The position numbers and the translations under genes are program-made. DNA of 64,000 bases from an uncultured cyanobacterium. GTDB lineage: Bacteria > Cyanobacteriota > Cyanobacteriia > Phormidesmidales > Phormidesmidaceae. Location: positions 384,001 to 448,000 of the forward strand of contig CAWBZI010000004.1 in NCBI GenBank assembly GCA_963793265.1, in the 5' to 3' direction. The notes below the pieces were generated by a model. That model did no database searches. It was not told the DNA's origin and was given only the letters and a program-made list of their open reading frames with translations. Position 1 is the stretch's first letter. Each line of letters begins with the position of its first letter. This document shows positions 21,175 to 30,800 of the stretch, one piece after another.

Positions 21175-21714
21175 ATGGCAGAAACAAGCGGAACAGCCTT
21201 TGAAAAGGCAAAAGACGGCGCAGATACGGTCATTGAAAAGGCTAAAGATGCTGAGCATGGCGCGCTAGATGCTCTGAAAGACGCGCAGCAGACTATTGGT
21301 AAGGCAACGCCTGTTCCTACCGAGTTCAAAGAATTCTCTACGCCTTCAGAGGTTAACGACCGCCTGAAGTGGGGTGAGCCTGCGCTGACGATTTTGGACG
21401 TGCGTGATCGCGAATCATTTAACGATGAGCGCATCATGGGTGCGGTCTACCTGCCTAAAGACGACTTCATCAGCATGGCAAAGCAGTCCATGGCCCCTGA
21501 GCGCAGCATCTATGTTTACGGTGCTGACGATTCAGAAGCTCAATCTGCTGCGGCTGAGCTAAGTGGCGCTGGCTACAAAAAAGTCAGCATCCTAAAAGGT
21601 GGCCTAGCTGCCTGGAAAGCGATTAACGGCGCAACTGAAGGAAGAACTCAGGAGCCTGGCCTGCTCGACAAAGGCAAAGGCGCTACTTTGATTAACCAGA
21701 ACTCGACGCCCTAG
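21175..21714 (+). CDS. Rhodanese-like protein (no active-site Cys)
   Basis: WGEPALTILDVR, RIMGA, IYVYG and LKGGLAAWKA; AAGAGGA SD. Confidence 0.85.
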   Translation: MAETSGTAFEKAKDGADTVIEKAKDAEHGALDALKDAQQTIGKATPVPTEFKEFSTPSEVNDRLKWGEPALTILDVRDRESFNDERIMGAVYLPKDDFISMAKQSMAPERSIYVYGADDSEAQSAAAELSGAGYKKVSILKGGLAAWKAINGATEGRTQEPGLLDKGKGATLINQNSTP

Positions 21715-21748
21715 TCAATTAAGGCATTAGCTGCTCTAGCTGACTATG

Positions 21749-21799
21749 AACCCCCTAGCACTCTCATAATGAGGCCATGTGCTAGGGGGTTTATTATTT
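21749..21799 (+). terminator. Intrinsic terminator after the rhodanese gene
   Basis: 13-bp stem AACCCCCTAGCAC/GTGCTAGGGGGTT followed by a T-rich tail. Confidence 0.75.
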
Positions 21800-21814
21800 A
21801 CTGGTTTTCAAAAG

Positions 21815-21830
21815 GATCGGTTATCGCGAC
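21815..21830 (+). promoter_or_regulatory. K-box-like element upstream of groEL2
   Basis: GATCGG-TTAT-CGCGAC versus the cyanobacterial K-box GTTCGG-NNAN-CCNNAC (2 mismatches), directly before a TTTACA -35. Confidence 0.5.
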
Positions 21831-21870
21831 TTTTACATCAGCAGATGTCCATATAAATTGATATTTATTG

Positions 21871-21897
21871 TTAGCACTCCATAGCAGAGAGTGCTAA
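21871..21897 (+). promoter_or_regulatory. CIRCE operator (HrcA site)
   Basis: Perfect TTAGCACTC-N9-GAGTGCTAA upstream of groEL. Confidence 0.97.
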
Positions 21898-23610
<1,713 letters not shown>

Positions 23611-23666
23611 CCCACTGCTTGAGCCCTTTCGCTCTTGCTTAACGACCTGATCTTATAGATCGAAAG

Positions 23667-23702
23667 AAAGGAGCGTGGCTGTAATGGCTGTGCTCCTTTT
23701 TT
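23667..23702 (+). terminator. groEL2 terminator
   Basis: AAAGGAGCGTGGCT/GGCTGTGCTCCTTT stem followed by a T-run. Confidence 0.75.
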
Positions 23703-23796
23703 GATGCTCCAAACACTAGAAGCATCCGCAGGAGGGATGAATTACAGCAGCTCTGGCGCTATGCTAAGTAATGTAAAGTTAACTCGGTGGCTAGTT

Positions 23797-23916
23797 ATGA
23801 GCGAATCTGATAAGAACAAATACTCTTGGAAAGGCAGTTGGGATGCGGGCACCGCTCTTATGGTTTTAGTGGGTGTGCTCACTGTCGTGCTGTTTGCCTC
23901 TGGTTTTGTGTATTGA
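23797..23916 (+). CDS. 39-aa single-TM microprotein
   Basis: MSESDKNKYSWKGSWDAGTALMVLVGVLTVVLFASGFVY: polar N-terminus plus one TM helix. Confidence 0.5.
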   Translation: MSESDKNKYSWKGSWDAGTALMVLVGVLTVVLFASGFVY

Positions 23917-23998
23917 TAGCGCTTACCAGTAGGTTGCATTGAGCAGGCGAAAAGCCTATTCTGCAAAAGGAATTTCGCCTGTTTGCAACACGTATCGA

Positions 23999-24403
23999 AT
24001 GCGCTTACCTGAAGACCCAGATATTCAAAAAAATAGCGTTAATATTCTGCCAATGATCGACGTAATTTTTGCGATCTTGGCATTTTTTATACTCTCTACG
24101 CTCTACCTTACTAAGGCGGAAGGACTGCCTGTAAGTTTGCCGCAGGCCGTGACGGCGACGCCTCAAAATCAGATAGATGTCACGCTGACGATTGCGGCAA
24201 ATGGTGATTTGTTTTTGGGCGATCGCGCCATCCCCCTATCAGATTTAGCCAACGAAGTCACCGACTTATCAACCCCCAATCAACCAATTGTCGTAACTAT
24301 CCGCGCTGATGAAGCGACCCCTCACGGGCAAGTCGTGGCTGCCATGGATCAACTTCGCAAAGTTGAAGACGTAAAACTAGGCATCGCAACGACTCAGCCA
24401 TAA
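23999..24403 (+). CDS. exbD: Biopolymer transporter ExbD/TolR
   Basis: NILPMIDVIFAILAFF, IRADE and VVAAMDQLR; likely ATG at 23999. Confidence 0.9.
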   Translation: MRLPEDPDIQKNSVNILPMIDVIFAILAFFILSTLYLTKAEGLPVSLPQAVTATPQNQIDVTLTIAANGDLFLGDRAIPLSDLANEVTDLSTPNQPIVVTIRADEATPHGQVVAAMDQLRKVEDVKLGIATTQP

Positions 24404-24512
24404 TCTAGCCACGATTGGAAGTTGAATAAGCTGTAGCAAGCGACTCCCCATATCCACGATACAATTGCCAAAAGCTCCTGTAGAGTCAGTCAATCTACAC
24501 AAAACAAGCGCA

Positions 24513-25070
24513 ATGGTTCAAGCTCCGCCTTTAACACTGCATGATTTTTTACAATTAGCAGAAACCCAGCCTGCGCACGAATACATCAACCATAGGGTTA
24601 GCCAAAAGCCAATGCCGCAAGGTGAACACAGCTTACTTCAGGTTGCTCTGTGCAAAGCGATTGACTTAGCCGCAGAGCCCCAGCGGATTGCTAAAGCGTT
24701 TTCTGAACTACGCTGTGTCTTTGGAGGCGCTGTGCTCGTCCCTGACGTATCTGTCTTTCGCTGGCAGCGTATTCCCCGCAAACTTAATGGTCGGATTGCC
24801 AATCGGTTTGAGAGCTATCCAGACTGGGCTATTGAAATTTTATCGCCCGACCAAGCCCAGACAAGACCTTTAGAAAAGTTGTTGCACTGTGCTGAACACG
24901 GTACAGAGTTGGGATGGCTAGTAGACCCAAGCGCTGATACTATACTGACGCTCTCCTCAGAGTCGCAGCTAAAGCTGTACAGAGGCAGTGAACCATTACC
25001 CGTTTTATCTAGCGTGGCACTAGAGCTATCTGCAAATGATGTGTTTGGCTGGCTGAGCTTACCTGAATAA
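24513..25070 (+). CDS. Uma2-family endonuclease
   Basis: QKPMPQGEHS, ELRC, VPDV and PDWAIEILSPDQ. Confidence 0.92.
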   Translation: MVQAPPLTLHDFLQLAETQPAHEYINHRVSQKPMPQGEHSLLQVALCKAIDLAAEPQRIAKAFSELRCVFGGAVLVPDVSVFRWQRIPRKLNGRIANRFESYPDWAIEILSPDQAQTRPLEKLLHCAEHGTELGWLVDPSADTILTLSSESQLKLYRGSEPLPVLSSVALELSANDVFGWLSLPE

Positions 25071-25086
25071 AGTCTGTGAAACTGTC

Positions 25087-26094
25087 ATGACGCTGATAAA
25101 CCAAATTCAACAGGGTGAGAGCAAGATGCTAGAGCTAAAGAAGCAGCTCCCTCAGCGCGATCAGATTGCAAAGACGGTGGTGGCGTTTGCTAATATCAGC
25201 AGGTAAAAATGACGGGACCTATCTGCGGGTAGGGGCGACTAATCGTAAGGCAGATTTTGAGCATATTCTAGAGCTGGAACGACAGAAGCGAAATCAAAGC
25301 TTCGATGAGGAGATTTGCCGGGAGCAGGCGCTGGGTGATCTGGATTTGACGCCGTTAGAGGCGCGATTTGCAGCGCAGGGGAAGCCGCTGACCGAAGAGA
25401 AGCTAAAGAATTTGAAGCTGATTGCGCTGGAACAGGGGACGCTGTGGCCGACTCAGGGGCTAATGGTGTTGCTGGGGGCTTTGCCTCATGTGGTGGTGAA
25501 GTGTACGCGGTTTAAGGGGACGGATATGAGTGCCTTTTTGGATTAGTGCATCGGGACTATACGAATCAGGGCCGCGATATTAAGGTAGGCGTGTATGACG
25601 ATGTGGTGAATGTGGTGTCGCCGGGAGGGTTGCCGAGCACGTTGACGGCTGAGACGCTTTTGGATGGGCGTTCGGAGATTCGGAATCGGGTAATCGCGCG
25701 GGTGTTTAAGGAATTGGGATATATCGAGCAGTGGGGTAGTGGGATTCAGCGGATTCGAGCGGCTTGTTTGGATTGGGGATTGGCGGAGCCGAGGATTCGG
25801 GAGAAGGGAGATTTTGTGGATGTGGAGTTTTATCGGCCTGGGGTTGAAGCTAGTAAGACTGACGTAGAAAGTATCGGAAGAGTATCGGAAAGTATCGGAA
25901 AAGTATCGGAAAATGAGCAGCGGATTTTGGCTTATTTGGAGGCGCAGCAGATGGTTATTTCTAAAGTTGTTGAAAGTTTAGTAGGTGTGAAGGAGGCAAG
26001 GGCGAGACGAATATTGAAAGAAATGGTGAGTAAAGGATTGATTGAAAAACGTGGTAGTGGACGAAGTACTCACTACGTAATAGCTAGAACCTAG
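25087..26094 (+). pseudogene. Decayed AlbA_2 (Schlafen-like) + HATPase_c_4 + wHTH regulator
   Basis: Three out-of-frame pieces: MTLINQIQQGESKMLELK..AKTVVAFAN*, TYLRVGATNR..RFKG..FLD* and VHRDY..SPGGLP..RNRVIA..EQWGSGI..HTH; the connecting segments are missing. Confidence 0.8.
25870..25911 (+). repeat. Four copies of AGTATCGGAA (alternating 11/10-nt spacing)
   Basis: Copies at 25870, 25881, 25891 and 25902, encoding ESIGRVSESIGKVSE. Confidence 0.9.
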
Positions 26095-26159
26095 ATGGAT
26101 AAGCGATTGTGCCTACGAACATCAATCCGAGCAGTATCCCAGCAATATTAGCCAAAGCT

Positions 26160-27095
26160 TTAGCCATTCTCTTTTTCTGCCCCGCTGAGTTTGATGCTAG
26201 TGTCATACAGCTCTTGTTGCCAATCTTTACGGTGTGAGTCAGCAGATGTTTGAGTTAAGCGTAGTTCATAGTCAAAGTGTTGTCCGGTGTGTGTGTCAAT
26301 GAATGGTCTTGTCAGCAATTGAGCAAGCGCCCTAGCTGACCCTTGAGAGCGACTGACGCCTGGAATGAACCAACTTAGGAGTGGCAATACGTAGTTCCAG
26401 GCAAAGCGTTCAATACTATCGCGATCACGAGCCAGCTTTGTTCCTGGCATCAGGCCCGGATCAAAAGCGGTAAATCTTGCTTGGTGTGCTGGCACACGAC
26501 GCGCCATTTCGTAAGTAAAGAGGATTAGGCAAAGCTTAGAGGTTGCGTAGCGATCTAGGCACTGTTGTTTATCGCTAACTGACTCATCTAAAATGCCTTG
26601 GGCAATTGCCTCAACGCCAGGAAATAGTCCACCTCGAAAGCCAAATTTCCCAGAGATAAAGTCTTGAGGATCGTGGGTACCACTAGCAGTAGAAACGACT
26701 ACCGCATTCTTGGCTAGCACTGGTAGAAGTAGATGGACGAGTAAGAAGTGGCCTAAGTAGTTGCTGACAAAGGTACGCTCATAACCTTCTTTTGTTCTTT
26801 CCAACCCTGTCGTAATTTGAATGCCAGCATTTAATCCAACTGATGTAAGGCGTTGATTCCTAAGTAGCGCTTTCACTGCTGATACAAAATGGCGTACTGA
26901 GTCTAGTGAGGCTAGATCAAGCGGTAAAACCCTTATTCTATTGTTATGAGCTACTGCTTCTAACTGTCGAGCTTTTTCAGGATTACGAGCACCGATGATG
27001 ATTTTAGTATTAGGCTGCTTGCTAAGTTGTGTTATGGTGTCAAGCCCAAGTCCTGACGTAGCACCTGTCATCAATATAGTTTGTAGGTCAGTCAT
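26160..27095 (-). CDS. SDR oxidoreductase (protochlorophyllide reductase/WWOX-like clade)
   Basis: TGATSGLG, NYLGHFLL, SGTHDP, YATSK and FDPGLMPGT. Confidence 0.85.
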   Translation of the reverse strand: MTDLQTILMTGATSGLGLDTITQLSKQPNTKIIIGARNPEKARQLEAVAHNNRIRVLPLDLASLDSVRHFVSAVKALLRNQRLTSVGLNAGIQITTGLERTKEGYERTFVSNYLGHFLLVHLLLPVLAKNAVVVSTASGTHDPQDFISGKFGFRGGLFPGVEAIAQGILDESVSDKQQCLDRYATSKLCLILFTYEMARRVPAHQARFTAFDPGLMPGTKLARDRDSIERFAWNYVLPLLSWFIPGVSRSQGSARALAQLLTRPFIDTHTGQHFDYELRLTQTSADSHRKDWQQELYDTSIKLSGAEKENG

Positions 27096-27128
27096 ACAGT
27101 AATTTTGGAAGGTTTTTGTATCAACCTG

Positions 27129-27160
27129 ACTGTAAACTATAGACTATACTCCAAGGTCAA
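27129..27160 (-). promoter_or_regulatory. MerR-type promoter/operator for the SDR gene
   Basis: Minus strand TTGACC-20 nt-TACAGT with the imperfect dyad CCTTGGAGTA/TAGTCTATAG. Confidence 0.75.
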
Positions 27161-27170
27161 GAGGCTACCC

Positions 27171-27515
27171 GTGAAAATTAGCGTACTCTCTAAAAAGTCG
27201 GGACTAACAACCGATACCATTCGGTTTTATGAGAAGAAAGGACTCATTGATGCTGATTTTATTTCTCGACAGACGAATAACTATAGGGACTATTCTGAAA
27301 AGGTTTTAGAACGCCTAAAGCTAATCCAGCAAGCAAAGCGTTTGGGCTTTACACTAGCTGAGATTCAGCAATGGATTAGGCATTTTGAAAGTGAACAATT
27401 GAGCATTTTAGAAAGGCAGTGTATTTTGAAAGGCAAACTTGAAGAGATTGACCTGAGAATAGAAGAGCTGAAACAAATGAAGATGTATCTGTCTATGAAG
27501 ATCGAGAACCTGTAG
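27171..27515 (+). CDS. MerR-family transcriptional regulator
   Basis: TIRFYEKKGLI, NNYRDYS and AKRLGFTLAEI; GTG start after GAGG. Confidence 0.9.
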   Translation: MKISVLSKKSGLTTDTIRFYEKKGLIDADFISRQTNNYRDYSEKVLERLKLIQQAKRLGFTLAEIQQWIRHFESEQLSILERQCILKGKLEEIDLRIEELKQMKMYLSMKIENL

Positions 27516-27596
27516 TTGTTCCCCTTGTTCTGTTTTTGAGACTATTCAAGATTTAATCGTTGATTTGTCTGCGTCAACCAGTGCGATCACCTCCCT

Positions 27597-27813
27597 TCAC
27601 ATATCCCAATCCGTTTCTATCCCGTCATCCTCTACTATCTCCACCATACGGTATCCCGGCTCTACATAGCTTCCGCCGCCTGTCAGGGTTTTTCCCATCT
27701 TCAAAGCTCACCTCTAGCTGATAGCTGCCTTCGCTCTTTAGGTCGTCAATGGTCAAGGTTTCGCGATCGCCCACCGCAATCCCCATCGCCGTCGGTGATA
27801 GCAAGGCGATCAC
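27597..27813 (-). pseudogene. Frameshifted 3' remnant of an unknown gene
   Basis: Removing one base of the A5 run (27689-27693) gives a protein-like ..EGSYQLEVSFEDGKTLTGGGSYVEPGYRMVEIVEDDGIETDWDM*. Confidence 0.45.
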
Positions 27814-30800
27814 TTAAAAATCAATGTTGTACTCTAGGCTGAAGTCGCTTTCGTCTAAGTTAGAGGAGCCTCGTAGCTCTAGATTGTCAGTGAAGCGATA
27901 TTCTATGCCTAGCTGAGGAGGGGTGCTGTTGTTGAGAATTTCTAAAACGCTGATGTCGAAGCGATTGCCGATGCCAGCGGTGGCCTCTACGCCGATGCCG
28001 ATGCCGACTGAGCTGCCAGGAGAGGTGTCTGTTGTGGGGAATACGCTGAAGGACTTTAACCCCACAACGTCGCCAATGGTGTTGCCGATGTTAGCTAGGG
28101 TGCCTGCGCCTAAGAAGCCGGTGAGCTGAGATAAGGAGCCGGAAGCCACGTCAGAGAATGCGCCTCTGCCGAGTAGGGCTAGTAGCTCGTTTTGGGAGCG
28201 AGAGTCATTGCTGGTAAGAACAATGTTGTCGATGATGTCACTGGCTGGCCCCTGAGCGATCGCCTCCACCCTGATAAATTCGACTTCGCCAATCGTATCA
28301 ACATTGGCGCTGATCTCGGTTTCGGCAGTCGCAAAGCCATTAACAGAAGGTGGTGCGGGGGTCGTTTGGCGATTGCGTACCCGAGCTTTTAACGCCACAT
28401 CCAGAATAGGGTCAAGGCCGTTCTCAGGAATAAACGTTGCTGTGTTAGGTGCATTTTTATCTAATCGAAACCGAGTAGAGAACAGATTGATGAGTCCTGA
28501 CTGTAGCTCGATTGTGCCCTCGGGCCGTAAATCGCTTAGAGTGCCGTTAACTGTGAGGCTTCCGAGCGCAGTGATGCTGTAAAAGGGTTGTCCGGTAATG
28601 TTGAGGCGATCGCCAAACGCCAGCTCTAGATTCTGCAACACCACATCATCAGCAAATCCTGCGGGCTTTTCTTCTGCTAAGTCCGAGGCTTCTAATCCTA
28701 AGTATTCAATTCGGTAGGGGCTGACCTCTTCTATCTCTTCTTCGGTGGGCAGTGCGATTGCGCCAAACTCACCCAGCAGCCTGTTCGCCTGCACCTGACC
28801 ATCATCAATTTCGATATTGCCGCTGATAACAGGCGTCAGCGCTGCGCCCGCAATTAAGAGCTGACCCATCAGTACAGCTTCTACCTTATCTTCGTAGTCC
28901 ACCGGAAAATCATTGAGAGAAATTGCAATTCCGTTTGCATTGCTTATGGGTAGGCCCGTCGCCTGTGGGTTTGTGCCCGTCAAAATCGACTGGCCTGAAG
29001 CTAAAAGCGGTAGCTGGCCGCTTATGCTCACCTGACCATCGCCCATAGTTGCCTGCAATTGCTGAATGCCTACCTGAGTCAGGTCAAACTGAACGTTGCC
29101 ATTGATATTAGCAAGGTCGTCTTCTAGCAAAGTACTGCTAACAAGACCTTCTCTGATGCTGGCCTGACCGACAACAACCGGATTTTGCAAACTGCCGTCT
29201 ACTTGAACAACAATCTCGCCCGCGCCACTCTCCCAACGAACCCGGTCTTCTGTAAGGAGATTGATGAAATCGAAGCTGTCACTCGGGACGGTTGCGATCG
29301 CCCTCACCTGCTCAACAGGTGGCTGCACCTCCATAAAAGGCAAGCCATAGAGTAAATTACCGCTTACTGTAATCGGCTCATCTGTCGGCTCAAGCGCCGC
29401 CTCACCGGTCAAGGCCAGCTCAGCATTGCGATAGCTAAAGTCGGCGTTTACTCTATCTAAAGGATATTCTCCCACTTGGGCACTCGCGATCGTTACTTCC
29501 CCGTCGACTGCTGGATTTGCCAAGCTCCCGTTAAACGTAGTGACCACATCCAAATCACCATCCACGTCAACTGGCAGAGGATAGAACAGTTCTGCTAGCT
29601 CTACTGGCAAATTATCTGCTACAAGCCTACCTTCTAGCCGGTTAATGCTAGCTGTTGCTGTCGCATCAACCACCGTTTCGCCTGCGTCAATTTTGAAAGT
29701 ATCCAGTGAGAGCGTTTGTTGTTGAACATCGCCGCTAATTACAAATTGATTAGGTGGTGTATAGGTGCCCCACGCCCAGCTATTACCCTGAAGGTCAAAG
29801 TCAGCGGTGAGATCGGCGGGGGAAAGTGATGAACCCGCGACTTTAATGGCACCCGTAAATTCGCCGTCTAAATCTTCTAAAGGCGGTATGACTAACGAGC
29901 CAGTGTTATCGGTGTCTTCTGGCTGATTTTCTACAAAGGCAACAAAGCTATCTAGCCGGTTTAAAAAAGTGGTTTCTGGAAGTCCTACAGGGGTTGTTGC
30001 TAAGTCTGCTGCTGAGCCTGTAGCTGTTGTATCTACTGGCCCGAACGCGCTCAGGTCTAGACTTTCAACAATAGCTACTAAGTCTTCTATTTGTCCTCGC
30101 GGAATGGTTAGCTCGCCCTCGTATTGAATCTCAGGTGCTAACGTTGCGCTTCCGTTGAGTAGATACTGACTGTCGTCTAGTAAAAGCTCTCCTTGATTTA
30201 GAGTGGCGGTGTTGTTTGCATAGCGAAACGCCGCAAAAGCCTTCTCTGCTGCAATAGGATTGATTGTGGGGTCAATGACAGTTACCTCACCCTCGACAAT
30301 CGGATTAGAAAAATCTTTTAAATCAGCATCCAGGCTTGCGTTTAGAAGTCCTCTTAGTTCTCCAAAGCTTGCTCTTAGGCTACTGCCCGCAGGCGGCTGA
30401 ATATCTAAAGCGCCTAGCGGTAGCTGAAGGATGTCAGCATGAAGTCGTCGGCCTGCCTCCCCGTATCCTTTCGCTACAAACTCCTGATTGCGCACCTCAA
30501 AGGAAATCGGCCAGGCTTCTTCATCTACGGCTAGCTGAATTTGATCCTGTGGCCCTTGCAAATCTACGCTGCCGCCGTCTGATAAAGACAGCGCGACTGG
30601 GCCTGAAAGTGGTTCAAACAACAGTTCGTTCAAGGCGAGATTGTTTAGCTGCGCGCTACCGGCTACTCGCGGATCTTGCAGTGTTCCAGTAATTCTTCCA
30701 TCAAAACTTGTGAGCCCTGCGACCTGAACATATTCTTGAACAGTCGGTGGCGCGAATCTGTTTAGTGGCTCAAGCTCGAATGAACGGAGATCCACGTTTA

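Noticed and set aside
25870..25911. Possible mini-CRISPR
   Set aside because: 10-bp units without spacers, inside a coding region, and no cas genes
24465..27813. Accessory patch as a mobile element
   Set aside because: No integrase, transposase, tRNA or terminal repeats; a HIP1 gap also occurs over native groEL, so it is weak evidence
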